A stretch of 64,000 nucleotides of DNA from Bdellovibrionota bacterium. Lineage in GTDB: Bacteria; Bdellovibrionota; UBA2428. The notes under the pieces were generated by a model. The model was not told where the DNA came from. It did not search any database and saw nothing but the letters and a program-made list of their open reading frames with translations. The stretch is taken from the NCBI GenBank assembly GCA_035539375.1, contig DATLIP010000086.1, forward strand, positions 16,848 to 80,847, in the 5' to 3' direction. Position 1 is the first letter of the stretch; each line of letters starts with the position of its first letter. A program made the position numbers and the translations under genes. Shown here one piece after another: positions 45,362-55,019 of the stretch.

Positions 45362-45982
45362 GTGAGTTACCTGGTCGTATCCCTAGTTTCCCTCAAGGGA
45401 GTCATCGCCTTCGGTACCTGGCAAGACGGCCAGGTACCGAAGGTTCTTTCGTTTTACGAATGGACAAGCGGTGACAACGCGGGGCTCTCGAGCGACGTCG
45501 CCCGCGCCTGGGGCGAGCTGCAAAACCGTGTCGGGGAATCTGCTCTGCGTGAGCTGCGTGAAATCTACGTGGTTTCGGGGCCGGGCTCCTTTACCGGCAT
45601 TCGCGTTGGAGCGGCCTTTGCCGCGGGTCTCGCCTATGGACTTGGCGTTCCTGTTTATTCCCTCTCGAGCTTTGACCTCTTTGCGCAGCCGGTGGGCATT
45701 CCTGTGCGCACGCATCTGGCGATGAACACCCCTGCTGACGAATGTGCGGCGGCGGTCATCGAATTTCTCTTTGCACCCCTTGCCGCGGGAGAGACGGCTG
45801 AGTGCCGCTTGCCCCATTCCGGGGACACTCTTCTGGGGGTGGCCGACGCTCCTGAAGAGTTGAAATTCTGGCCCACCGAGGCGCAGATTCATCACGCGCT
45901 TCTGCAAAGCGGCACCAAGCGCCAACCCCTACAGCCTGACTACGGCATCGGTCCTAAAATTTCGGGTCAGAGAATCAGCTAA
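45362..45982 (+). CDS. tsaB: tRNA t6A biosynthesis protein TsaB-like
   Basis: VVSGPGSFTGIRVGAAFAAGLAYGLGVPVYSLSS is the TsaB/YeaZ signature. GTG start. The N-terminus is divergent. Confidence 0.7.
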   Translation: MSYLVVSLVSLKGVIAFGTWQDGQVPKVLSFYEWTSGDNAGLSSDVARAWGELQNRVGESALRELREIYVVSGPGSFTGIRVGAAFAAGLAYGLGVPVYSLSSFDLFAQPVGIPVRTHLAMNTPADECAAAVIEFLFAPLAAGETAECRLPHSGDTLLGVADAPEELKFWPTEAQIHHALLQSGTKRQPLQPDYGIGPKISGQRIS

Positions 45983-46667
45983 AGAGCGCCACGCCCAGCG
46001 ACACCAACACGGCCGTCAGCATGCCAAAGAGGATGCTCATGATGAGCGCTGGCAAAATATAGATGCCAAAGAAAGTGCGTAGCTTGGAGAGTCCCGCGAG
46101 CTGCGCGAGACCCACTACGGTGTAAACCATCGGCAGGATGGCCACCGCAATGGCCCCAACTCCTGGTAGAAAGCCAAAAATCGTGGTCCAGTGGGCGGCG
46201 ATCATCACGCAAAAAATTCCCGACCAGCTGAGGCGCTGCGTATTTGCGCCGAGTAGGCGCAGCGTGAGCAGACCAAAGGCGGCGAGTAGCGTGGTGTAGG
46301 CGAGCGTGAAAAAGGGCGCGAGCGAAGAAAAAAGCTGTCCTGCCACTAGGGAGAGCTGCTGCAAGCCATGATGAATTTGTCCCGAAATGCGCGGATCGAG
46401 GCCTTCGAATTCTGCTGACCAGTGGGTCGGAAAGCTCACCGTGGAGATCATCGCGTTCAATGCGCCGAGCGCGAGGAAAACCAAAATGACTTTGGCCCAG
46501 ACAACGTGGTTGATGCGTTCGCTGTGACCAAAAAATTCAAAAAAGTGACGTGGCTTGGTGAGCAGTACCTTGAAGTCGACGAGCAGGTTGGACTCGTCGA
46601 GGGGGTGAAACGAACCCGCGACCGATGCGGTCGCGGGCTGTGAAGATGGCTCGTTGACTTCGCTCAT
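45975..46667 (-). CDS. Polytopic membrane protein (YIP1-like topology)
   Basis: Soluble N-terminal region of about 60 aa followed by 5 predicted TM helices. The family call is tentative. Confidence 0.45.
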   Translation of the reverse strand: MSEVNEPSSQPATASVAGSFHPLDESNLLVDFKVLLTKPRHFFEFFGHSERINHVVWAKVILVFLALGALNAMISTVSFPTHWSAEFEGLDPRISGQIHHGLQQLSLVAGQLFSSLAPFFTLAYTTLLAAFGLLTLRLLGANTQRLSWSGIFCVMIAAHWTTIFGFLPGVGAIAVAILPMVYTVVGLAQLAGLSKLRTFFGIYILPALIMSILFGMLTAVLVSLGVALFS

Positions 46668-46679
46668 TTGCGAAGCCGA

Positions 46680-48419
46680 CTATAGCGAGCTTTTGCGTCT
46701 ACGGCTAGCGGCCGCGATGGCGCCCAAGAAACAAAGCCCGGCCAGCAAGAACACCGTGGCCAGCACTTTGCGGTCGGTTTCGGACGAGAGCTGCAGGCGC
46801 GTGGCCTTGAGCTGACGGGGGCGAATGCCGAGCACATCTTTGTCCGCGAGCAGGTAGCTGACGCTGTTCATAAAGAAGTCCGAGTTGCCGAGCTGCGACA
46901 CGAAACTGTTGGCCACAAAAAGATCGCTCGCTACCACGACGAGCTTGGTTTCCGAAGGCTTGTCGTCCGTAGCCGGCGGCAGGGTGGCCGGAATGCTGGC
47001 GTCTTTTTTGTTTTGTGCCCAGGCTTTCGAAACGCCGAGCCACTCGGGGATGATCGAGCCATGATCGTGGCCATGGTCGTGACCATCGCCGTCGAAATGC
47101 CCATCGCTCGGGGGCATGAGTCCTTCGATGCCGCCCGGAACCTCATTTTTTGCCGGCGTGGCGCGTGGGTCTTCCACCAAGGCGGCCACGGAGAGCGGAC
47201 CTGGCAAATCGCCGGCGACCATCTGAGCGCGGATGGCTTTCATGCCATTTTTCTTTTTGCCAAAAGCGCGCGATTCCGAGCTCACCATGGATTTCACGGT
47301 GAAGTTGCCGCTCTTGCCCGAAGTAGGAAGGGCGAGCGAAGCGGCCTGGGGTAGGATCACGGGGCGATCGAGCGAGCTGACAATGTCGATGCCGGGCGTG
47401 AACTTTTGTGTGGCCACGATGGTAGGCGGTTGCACGCTGAGATCGAGGATGATGTCGTCGCGCAGCTCCACGCCATAAGGCTTGATGAGGGCGTTCCACT
47501 TTTGCGGCGTCGTAGCGCCGAAGAGAATGAGCACCTTGCCGCCGCTGCTGAGGTATTTCTTCATGACTTCGAGGCCATTGTCCGTGGGTTCGCTCTTGGG
47601 CCCTGCGATCACGAGCGCTTCGCAATCTGTGGGCACATCGGTGTTCGTGATCACTGAAACGGTTTTGGTTTGGTACGACGAATTTTCGAGCGATTGTTTG
47701 ATAGAGCTCAGGCCGCCGTTGTCGGGGCTTTCAAGGCTCATCTCGCCGTGACCGCTCGTGAAGCAAACCATCTTCTTGACTCCCTTGATGGCTTGCACGA
47801 GGGCGTTGGTGATTTGCTCTTCGATCTTATCCTTGTTCAAATTGTCGATACGCGATTCACGGCCGCTGGCGGCGCGCAGGAGAATCACGTTGTCTTTGGT
47901 GATGCCGCGTTCCTTGGCGAGCAAGTTGTCGTTGTTGGGATTGCGCACTTGAACTTTGATCTTGCCGCCCGATTCGATGCGGTAGTTCTCAAGGAACTTG
48001 GCAAGATCCTGGTTCGGAGCCATTTGCTGAATGTTGGTCGTCCAAACTTCAATCAGCATGCCTTCCTGGATCTGGCGGGCAATGTTCTTCGATTGGCTAC
48101 TCAGCGAGTAAAGCTGCGCTTGGGTGATGTCTTTTTTCTGGTTGTAGAGGTTGGCGACGACGTTCACAGTCACCAGAATTGCAGCGATGGCCAGCGCCGA
48201 AATCGCGAGGCTGATTCCAAACTGCGACGAGCGTTTGGCGAGGAAAGTGCGCAGTCCCGTAAGACCGGCGACGCCCCAGGCGATGAGGCTACACAGCGCG
48301 AGTCCGAGCAGCGTGTACGCTGGCCAGCCCATGTCCCAAAGAAAAGGCACGTAGCCCCAGATGATCACCAGAGCGATGAGAGAATAAATGAGAGTTTGCT
48401 GAGCGATACGCGATAACAT
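46680..48419 (-). CDS. gldG: GldG-like ABC-transport auxiliary component
   Basis: N-terminal TM helices, a large periplasmic domain and a C-terminal TM anchor. It lies immediately downstream of the ABC-2 permease and ATPase, the gldA-gldF-gldG arrangement. Confidence 0.65.
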   Translation of the reverse strand: MLSRIAQQTLIYSLIALVIIWGYVPFLWDMGWPAYTLLGLALCSLIAWGVAGLTGLRTFLAKRSSQFGISLAISALAIAAILVTVNVVANLYNQKKDITQAQLYSLSSQSKNIARQIQEGMLIEVWTTNIQQMAPNQDLAKFLENYRIESGGKIKVQVRNPNNDNLLAKERGITKDNVILLRAASGRESRIDNLNKDKIEEQITNALVQAIKGVKKMVCFTSGHGEMSLESPDNGGLSSIKQSLENSSYQTKTVSVITNTDVPTDCEALVIAGPKSEPTDNGLEVMKKYLSSGGKVLILFGATTPQKWNALIKPYGVELRDDIILDLSVQPPTIVATQKFTPGIDIVSSLDRPVILPQAASLALPTSGKSGNFTVKSMVSSESRAFGKKKNGMKAIRAQMVAGDLPGPLSVAALVEDPRATPAKNEVPGGIEGLMPPSDGHFDGDGHDHGHDHGSIIPEWLGVSKAWAQNKKDASIPATLPPATDDKPSETKLVVVASDLFVANSFVSQLGNSDFFMNSVSYLLADKDVLGIRPRQLKATRLQLSSETDRKVLATVFLLAGLCFLGAIAAASRRRKSSL

Positions 48420-48422
48420 GTT

Positions 48423-49205
48423 CTACGACCTCCAGGCACGGCTTTCGATGGATTGTTTGGTGAGAAAAAGAAAGAAGGCGATGAGCGAGATGAAGTACAC
48501 GAATGTCTTTAACTCGAGAATGCCCTTGGTGAAGGTTTGCAGCTGTTCCGAGGTGGCAAGGTACTTAAAGACTTCTTGCGAAGCGCCTGTGGCCGATTGC
48601 GAGGCGAGGGCGAGGAGCCAAAAGAAACCCAGGTTCGTCGCAAAGGTAAAGATCACGGCGATCATCTGGCTGCTGGTCATGCTCGACCAAAAGAGTCCGA
48701 TCGCAACGTAGGCGGAGCCTACAAGGAAAAGTCCCAGGTAGGTGGCGAGGATCACGCCAAGATCAGGACCGACGCCCTGGCCGGGTTCCGAAAAGGCGAC
48801 AAGGAAGATCGGAAAGATGACCGTCACGGCCAGCAGCGAGGCGAGCATCGTGACACCCGAGAAAAACTTGGCCCAAGTGATTTCCCAAGTTTTTACAGGC
48901 GAGGTGAGCAGCAGTGCCAACGTGTTGTTGCGTGTTTCTTCGGTGATGAGTCTCATCGTGAAGAAAGGAATGATGAAGACCAGGAAAAGGTGCACGTTTA
49001 GATAAAACGCCTCGGCGAGCTTATCGATAGTGATTTCCTGCTGGGCGCCAAACATGGCGCCCTTGGTGAACTGATCGTAGATGCTCAGAAAGGACTGCAT
49101 CATGAGACCGACAAGGATGCTGAAAATCCCGACAAAGATGTACGCCAGGGGGGTTTGAAAGTAGCCTTTGACTTCGCGTTTCCAAATGGTGGCAATGCTA
49201 TTCAT
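48423..49205 (-). CDS. gldF: ABC-2 type permease (GldF-like)
   Basis: 260 aa with 6 TM segments and an ABC-2 family pattern. Placement is consistent with GldF. Confidence 0.7.
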   Translation of the reverse strand: MNSIATIWKREVKGYFQTPLAYIFVGIFSILVGLMMQSFLSIYDQFTKGAMFGAQQEITIDKLAEAFYLNVHLFLVFIIPFFTMRLITEETRNNTLALLLTSPVKTWEITWAKFFSGVTMLASLLAVTVIFPIFLVAFSEPGQGVGPDLGVILATYLGLFLVGSAYVAIGLFWSSMTSSQMIAVIFTFATNLGFFWLLALASQSATGASQEVFKYLATSEQLQTFTKGILELKTFVYFISLIAFFLFLTKQSIESRAWRS

Positions 49206-49219
49206 GATGGGTGCACTCC

Positions 49220-49948
49220 TTAAGCGTCTCGGACGCGGTCCGAAGAAATCATTTTGATGTAGGCCTCTTCGAGGCTTTGCGACGAACTCGTGGTGAAGGA
49301 TTCGATGGTGCCCGAATGTAAGACTTTGCCGTGGTTGATGATGATCGCATGCGAGCAGGTCATCGTCACTTCGGGCAGGATGTGGGTGGAGAGAATTACA
49401 GTATGCGTGCCCGCTAGGTCTTTGATCAAATCGCGGATTTCACGGATCTGCACGGGATCGAGGCCCACGGTGGGTTCGTCAAGAATCACCACTTCGGGGT
49501 CGTGCACGAGCGCTTGGGCGATGCCCACGCGCTGTTTGTAGCCTTTGGAGAGCGTTTGGATGATTTGGCGTGCGCGATCGGTGAGACCGCAGCGCTTCAT
49601 CACGTATTCCACGCGCTCAGGGATTTTGCTTTTGTCGATTTGTTTGAGGGCTGCCACGTGCGCCAGGTATTCGGCCACGCGCATGTCAGGGTAGAGCGGA
49701 GGATCTTCAGGCAGGTAACCCACGCGGCGTTTGACTTCCATGGCGTCGTCTTGCACGTCGAAGCCTGCGACGCTAGCGGTGCCGGCGGTGGCTGGCATGA
49801 AACCGCTGAGAATTTTCATGGTGGTGGATTTGCCGGCACCGTTGGGGCCGAGCAGTCCGATGACGACCCCTTTGGGTACCGAAAAACTAAGATTGGAGAT
49901 GGCGGTAAAATCGCCGTATCGTTTGGTTAAGTTGCTTACTTCAATCAT
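49220..49948 (-). CDS. gldA: ABC transporter ATP-binding protein (GldA-like)
   Basis: Walker A GPNGAGKST, signature LSKGYKQR, Walker B VVILDEP. Confidence 0.9.
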   Translation of the reverse strand: MIEVSNLTKRYGDFTAISNLSFSVPKGVVIGLLGPNGAGKSTTMKILSGFMPATAGTASVAGFDVQDDAMEVKRRVGYLPEDPPLYPDMRVAEYLAHVAALKQIDKSKIPERVEYVMKRCGLTDRARQIIQTLSKGYKQRVGIAQALVHDPEVVILDEPTVGLDPVQIREIRDLIKDLAGTHTVILSTHILPEVTMTCSHAIIINHGKVLHSGTIESFTTSSSQSLEEAYIKMISSDRVRDA

Positions 49949-50085
49949 AAACCCTCTCGCTCATCGTTCTAGGCGACGAAGTCCTCGCCCGGATCCTACG
50001 TAGAATCTAATGTTTTCAGATACTTCTTGGCCAAGTCTCGATCGCGGGGCTGTGAAAGTCAAGAAGGCCGAGTTACAATGAGAGC

Positions 50086-51231
50086 ATGAGCATCAAGAGC
50101 GTCAACGACTTCTATTCGGAAGCCTTGCTCCCCTTGTCGCCGCGCCCCGAACTCGTGCCGCTGCTGAAGGCCATCATCAACTGCGGCGAGACCACGCGAG
50201 ACTTCGTTTGGGCGCTGCGAAACGATCGCGACCTACAAAAGTGGTTGCGCCAAACCGTGGTGGCGATGGGGTTCGAAACCCAGAAGCTCGGGCTCGAACA
50301 AGTGATCACGCTCATTGGCCAAGACAAAGTTCGGGACATTCTGCTAGGGCGCGCCATTGAGCAGGCCTTTGTGCCTGAGAGCGAAACGCTGATGGCTCGC
50401 CACTACAAAGGCAAAAAGAAGCCGGCCACCTCCGAAGATGGGGGCGAAGAAGAAGGTGGTGAGGCGCCGCCCATCGCGGAGTTTGCATCGTACCTCGTGT
50501 ATTCCAAGCGCGCCGAGGAAATCGCGAATGCCATTCGCAACTCTTATCCATGGCAAGCCTTTGTCGGTGGTTTGCTCTTTGATTACCTCTATTATTATCT
50601 CAAGTCGCGCAAGGTGGAGTCCACCGAAGGGCTCGAGCGAGCTGATCTCAAGAACTCCAAAAATTATCTCGACGCGATCTTCACCGAAGGGCTGCGTTCG
50701 GCCATCGCGGCCACCGAAGTCTTGCAAAAGATCAGCATCAAACATCAGAAGAACGTTTTCGTAACGGCGCTGCTGCACAACTGTGGTCAGCCCATTCAAT
50801 TTGGTTTTGATCCCCTGTCCTTCCAGAGTCTTATGAACGACGTCGACCAGCGACGCGGCGTGGGTGTCTCCATAGATGCCCCCACACTCGAAGCCAAGTA
50901 CTTCACCTTTGACCACGCGCAAATCGCCTCGCTCTTTATCGGGCGCTTGCCCTTTTTGCAGGAAATCGATCGGGTGCTCGACTACGTACACTCGCCGCGT
51001 GTTTTGCGCATGCGAGACTCCAACCTCTACGCCCTGCACTGTGTGATTAAGATCGGAAGCGATCTTGCCAAGTTGTTCCAGACTGAGCGTTCCAAGCAAA
51101 GCGATATCCAAAAAATCGATGACAAACAAATTCGCGACACCGAAGAATTCGGATTCCTAAAGCTGAATGCCGACGAGTGGAAAACGATCAAGTCGAATTT
51201 TGCTTTGAAGATTATGAAAGCAAGTTTGTAG
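50086..51231 (+). CDS. HDOD-like signalling domain protein (tentative)
   Basis: ALLHNCGQPIQF and FDHAQIASLFIGRLPF resemble the HDOD core, but the HD dyad reads HN. An acidic insert lies around residue 120. Confidence 0.4.
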   Translation: MSIKSVNDFYSEALLPLSPRPELVPLLKAIINCGETTRDFVWALRNDRDLQKWLRQTVVAMGFETQKLGLEQVITLIGQDKVRDILLGRAIEQAFVPESETLMARHYKGKKKPATSEDGGEEEGGEAPPIAEFASYLVYSKRAEEIANAIRNSYPWQAFVGGLLFDYLYYYLKSRKVESTEGLERADLKNSKNYLDAIFTEGLRSAIAATEVLQKISIKHQKNVFVTALLHNCGQPIQFGFDPLSFQSLMNDVDQRRGVGVSIDAPTLEAKYFTFDHAQIASLFIGRLPFLQEIDRVLDYVHSPRVLRMRDSNLYALHCVIKIGSDLAKLFQTERSKQSDIQKIDDKQIRDTEEFGFLKLNADEWKTIKSNFALKIMKASL

Positions 51232-51234
51232 GTA

Positions 51235-52704
51235 TTAAGCGGCTTTTTTCTTGTCGCCGGACTTGGCGTCTTTTTTCTCGGGCGTTTCGCTGCCCCGGAG
51301 TTCGTCGATTTGTTGATTGAGTATCTTTAGTGCGACGGCGAATTCAGCTTCAGCTTTGGCTAGCTTGGCTTTGAGCTCTTCGTTCTGTTTGCGCAGCTCG
51401 GTGTCGAGAGTCGGTTCTTTGCGTTCTTTTGTCAGCCGGAAAACGTCCTGACTCATGATTTCGTTGAGCTCTTTGAGACTAGTGAAATCGTTGCGCAGCT
51501 TCTCGAGATAGTTTTTGTTGACGATGGTTTCGTCATCGGTGAGTCGCGCTTGTTTGTCTTTTTCGTCAGCCGCGTTTTGATTGGCGCTCGAGGTGAGCGA
51601 GATGCGCTCGCCTTTTTTCTCGGGTGTGTCGCCGATCACGATAGGATCGTTGAGAATCTCGCTAAGGTCTTTTTCGCTGTGCGAAGTGACGGTCATGCGT
51701 GAGAGGTCATTAGTCTCGGCTACGGGAACCGAAGGCTTGGCTTCAATGAGCGGCAAGTGAGCCGTTGCAGGGTCGAGGTTCGTCGAGGGCTTCACGTGGT
51801 GAATCGAAAAATAATAGCCCAAGTGACCAGCCGTCTGCGCAGGCGTTCCGAAATGGATGCGGGTCACGAGGAACATGGGGTCAGCGAATTCGGTCTCCGC
51901 TTTGCTCGTGCCGCCCAAAATGGAGAGGTTGTTCACAGCCTTCACGAGGTGGTGAAATTCTTGAAACAACACGCTGGTTTTGAGTGTCGAGTTGTGGAAA
52001 TTGCTCAAGGCCTGCGCAAATTCATTGCGCAGTACTGAAGTGAGGTTGCCTTTGGAGTGGGCCGGAACGCTGAGCACGATCTTGTTGCGATCGGTGCCGA
52101 ATCTCAGTTCAAAGGCTTCGTCGATCTGTGATTCGCCATGTTTGCTGCGGATGTGACCCATGCACAGACCCATCAGCGCTTTCTTGAGGGTTTCTTCTTT
52201 GACGCCAAAGCGACCGGCAAAGAGTGAAAGCTTTTGCGTGATCGCATCGAGGTCTTCTTGTTTGGCGATCTTGGCAGACCCAGCTTTGTGTTCTGGGCTC
52301 AAAAAGAGCGGCAGGTGAATGTCGGTGGCCAGGGCAAAGGAATGGTGGATGATGCCCGCGATGTAGCTGAGATCTGCGCGCTCGATGGCCGGAAAAAACC
52401 CGCTGAGTTCGAGCGTCGTAAAGGGAACGGTAGTTTTTTCAGGCGCAGGTTCACCGAACATGAAAATCGGTCCTTTGAAACCCAGGTCGCGCAGCTCTTT
52501 GAGCCCTTCGAAACCCGTGTGTTCGATATGGAAGGAATCGATGAGCGCCGCGACACCTGTGGAGTCGAGGTGTTCGCTCGGGATTTGGGAGATCTTGGTG
52601 GCATGGCGAACCAAATAGGGCGCACTGCTCCTATCGAGTTCTTTTTGCAAACGGGCGCACGATGCATCGTCGCCCGAAATGAGCCAAACCACTTTCATGC
52701 CCAT
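51235..52704 (-). CDS. Receiver-like N-terminal domain + unknown middle + C-terminal coiled-coil protein
   Basis: The N-terminus KVVWLISGDD...ALIDSF...GPIFMFGE is patterned like a CheY-type receiver. The C-terminal ~100 aa is heptad-rich and Lys/Glu-rich. Confidence 0.45.
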   Translation of the reverse strand: MGMKVVWLISGDDASCARLQKELDRSSAPYLVRHATKISQIPSEHLDSTGVAALIDSFHIEHTGFEGLKELRDLGFKGPIFMFGEPAPEKTTVPFTTLELSGFFPAIERADLSYIAGIIHHSFALATDIHLPLFLSPEHKAGSAKIAKQEDLDAITQKLSLFAGRFGVKEETLKKALMGLCMGHIRSKHGESQIDEAFELRFGTDRNKIVLSVPAHSKGNLTSVLRNEFAQALSNFHNSTLKTSVLFQEFHHLVKAVNNLSILGGTSKAETEFADPMFLVTRIHFGTPAQTAGHLGYYFSIHHVKPSTNLDPATAHLPLIEAKPSVPVAETNDLSRMTVTSHSEKDLSEILNDPIVIGDTPEKKGERISLTSSANQNAADEKDKQARLTDDETIVNKNYLEKLRNDFTSLKELNEIMSQDVFRLTKERKEPTLDTELRKQNEELKAKLAKAEAEFAVALKILNQQIDELRGSETPEKKDAKSGDKKKAA

Positions 52705-52813
52705 TTTATCGGCATAAATATTTAAAAAATTTATGCTATTCTTAAAGTTGTGGGGGTTCCCCGGTCCCAGGCACCTGTGCTAAAGCCGGCTGGAGAGCTA
52801 CAAAGCTAATAAT

Positions 52814-54391
52814 ATGAACGAAAACAAGAACCTAAGCCGCCCGGGTGACGCATCAAGTTATTCCGACGTCTTTTTCATATCCTGCGACCGCCACGACAAA
52901 GACCGCATCGAGGTGCAGTTTGGTTTTGATGGTTTGGTGGATTCTACCGAGAAGTTTTTCAACTTCGATATCGATTTTGTGGTCTTCTCGCCCAAAACCT
53001 TGGGGCTCTTGGAGTCACAAAGCGTGGAGTCCATCCGGGCCGAATTCCAGTCCTATTTCCGCCTGCACTCCTACGTCTCCAATCCGGACTCTGAATTTTC
53101 GGTAGATCGCGTGCTCGAACGTCTTGAGGTTCTCAAAGAGGACTTCGATGTGCGCTACCTACGCCTCTTTGCGGTGGAGCTAGACGGTTACCTCAAAGGA
53201 CAAAAACGCAAGGTGAAGAATCACCTGATGCTTTACAAAAAGAAAGCCTTCTCCACCGAGGGTGCCTTAGCGGACCTCGAAGAGGTGCGCCAGGTGATCA
53301 GCCGTTTTCGTGAAATCCCGCAAAGCTTTCGCGCCAAGGACGAAGAGCACGCTCAAAAGTTTTTGGCGGACTTTGAACTCCTCAACGAATACGCCTCGCA
53401 CCTCTATGTGCAGTTCCTGGCGATGACCGATGCTCAGCTCAAAGAATTCGACGTTTCACACCCGATCAAGCACAAGGCGCAGTCGCTCGGCGTCGAGGAA
53501 GCCGCGTTTCGCGCCCAGAAGAGTCTGCTTCTGGGGGATATGGACTCCAGCTGGCACCATAATCGCAAAGAAGATTTGTACCTTCGCCGGATCTCTTCGC
53601 TTAAAAAGTACTTTCACCGCGCTCTTTTTATTCAGGTCACCAGCAACTCACTAGAGCGCAAACTCTTCGTTCCGGTTTACGGCATGTCCGCCGCCCTCGC
53701 TGCCGCCTGGACGATCATGGTGCAGCTCTATGCCACGCGTAACATGATCGACGGCGTGGAGATCTCCACCCTCGCAGTCATCTCGGTCGGTATCTTGGCC
53801 TACGTGGCCAAGGACATCATGAAAGACTTCTTCCGTCGCTACTTCTACCAATCGGGTCGCCGCTGGGTGCCGGATTTCGAGCGCAAGCTTTTTGCCAAGA
53901 CGTACAAGAAGCCCAAGTACATCGGAATGATCCGCGAGTACCTGCGTTTTCTCGACACCTCGGAGTTGCGCAAAGAGATCGTCGAGCAGCGCTATGCCGT
54001 GGAAGGTGGCGAAGTGGAGCGCGCCCTGGGCGAAGACATCGTGCACTTCAAAAAGAAGGTCTCGCTCGATTTGACCAACATGGATTACGACGATCAATTT
54101 CCGTGGGGTCTGCGCGAGATCTTGCGCATGCGTCTCGACCACCTCACGGTGTCGATGGAAGACGCCCACAAGCGTCTGCCGGTGCTCTACTCTTCGGGGC
54201 AACTAGAAGAACGCATGGGTCGTCGGCTCTACCACATTTACGTGGTCGCCCAGATTCGGGCGCGCGGTAAAGGGGCACAAGATTTTGCGGCGTCGGTCAA
54301 AGCCTATCGCGTGACGCTCGACAAGAACGGTGTCATTCAGACCACGCAAATTCCGTGGACCTCGCTGATCCACACGCCGGCAGATTCTTAG
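52814..54391 (+). CDS. Hypothetical membrane protein (central TM hairpin)
   Basis: 525 aa. TM pair VPVYGMSAALAAAWTIMVQLY and ISTLAVISVGILAYVA. No family recognised. Confidence 0.5.
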   Translation: MNENKNLSRPGDASSYSDVFFISCDRHDKDRIEVQFGFDGLVDSTEKFFNFDIDFVVFSPKTLGLLESQSVESIRAEFQSYFRLHSYVSNPDSEFSVDRVLERLEVLKEDFDVRYLRLFAVELDGYLKGQKRKVKNHLMLYKKKAFSTEGALADLEEVRQVISRFREIPQSFRAKDEEHAQKFLADFELLNEYASHLYVQFLAMTDAQLKEFDVSHPIKHKAQSLGVEEAAFRAQKSLLLGDMDSSWHHNRKEDLYLRRISSLKKYFHRALFIQVTSNSLERKLFVPVYGMSAALAAAWTIMVQLYATRNMIDGVEISTLAVISVGILAYVAKDIMKDFFRRYFYQSGRRWVPDFERKLFAKTYKKPKYIGMIREYLRFLDTSELRKEIVEQRYAVEGGEVERALGEDIVHFKKKVSLDLTNMDYDDQFPWGLREILRMRLDHLTVSMEDAHKRLPVLYSSGQLEERMGRRLYHIYVVAQIRARGKGAQDFAASVKAYRVTLDKNGVIQTTQIPWTSLIHTPADS

Positions 54392-54398
54392 AGCTCTT

Positions 54399-55019
54399 TT
54401 AGTAAAAACGTTGCAGGGCGACGACCTTGCCCAGCACTTGAAACTCCTCGTCGGGATCGACCAGGATGGGTTTCATCTTGGCGTTTTGAGGAATGAGCGC
54501 CACTGGGTCGCTTTTGCTCTTGGGGTATTGAATCGTTTTGACCGTGGCTTGATTCAGGTGTTGCGCCACAACCACATCGCCACTCTTGGTTTTCGCTTCG
54601 CGATCGACCACCAGGTAATCGCCTTCATAAATGCCGATGTCGATCATGCTTTCTCCGCGCACCTTGAGGGCGAAATAAGCGCCCGAGTTTTTGGGGTTGC
54701 GGATGGTTGCGGGACTCACCTGCAGAGTGCCCAGGGCGACTTCAAAGGCGTCTTGTAGGGCGCCTGCGGCCACTTCACCGACGATGGGGATGCTCATCGT
54801 CGGGCTCTGGCGATGCCCGCTGAGTCGAAGGCTGCGGCCTTTCTTTTCGAGGTAACCAAACTTTGTGAGCGCATGGATATGATCCTGAATGGTGCCCACC
54901 GCCGAGACGCCCAGATGTTTGGCCATCTCACGGTACGAGGGAATGCGCTGTTCTTGGTGCACGCAGGCTTCGATAAAGTTCAGCAGTTCCTTTTGTCGTT
55001 CACTTAAATTTGCGCCCAT
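54399..55019 (-). CDS. lexA: SOS repressor LexA
   Basis: N-terminal wHTH (LSERQKELLNFI...IPSYREMAKHLGVSAVGTIQDHIHAL), Ala-Gly cleavage site in GEVAAGAL, and the S24 peptidase motifs GESM and VVAQ...ATVKT. Confidence 0.92.
   Translation of the reverse strand: MGANLSERQKELLNFIEACVHQEQRIPSYREMAKHLGVSAVGTIQDHIHALTKFGYLEKKGRSLRLSGHRQSPTMSIPIVGEVAAGALQDAFEVALGTLQVSPATIRNPKNSGAYFALKVRGESMIDIGIYEGDYLVVDREAKTKSGDVVVAQHLNQATVKTIQYPKSKSDPVALIPQNAKMKPILVDPDEEFQVLGKVVALQRFY

Noticed and set aside
50267-50281. GGGGTTCGAAACCC, a tRNA T-arm-like sequence.
   Set aside because: It lies inside the 50086-51231 CDS, and no acceptor or anticodon arms can be folded around it. I found no tRNA in the window.
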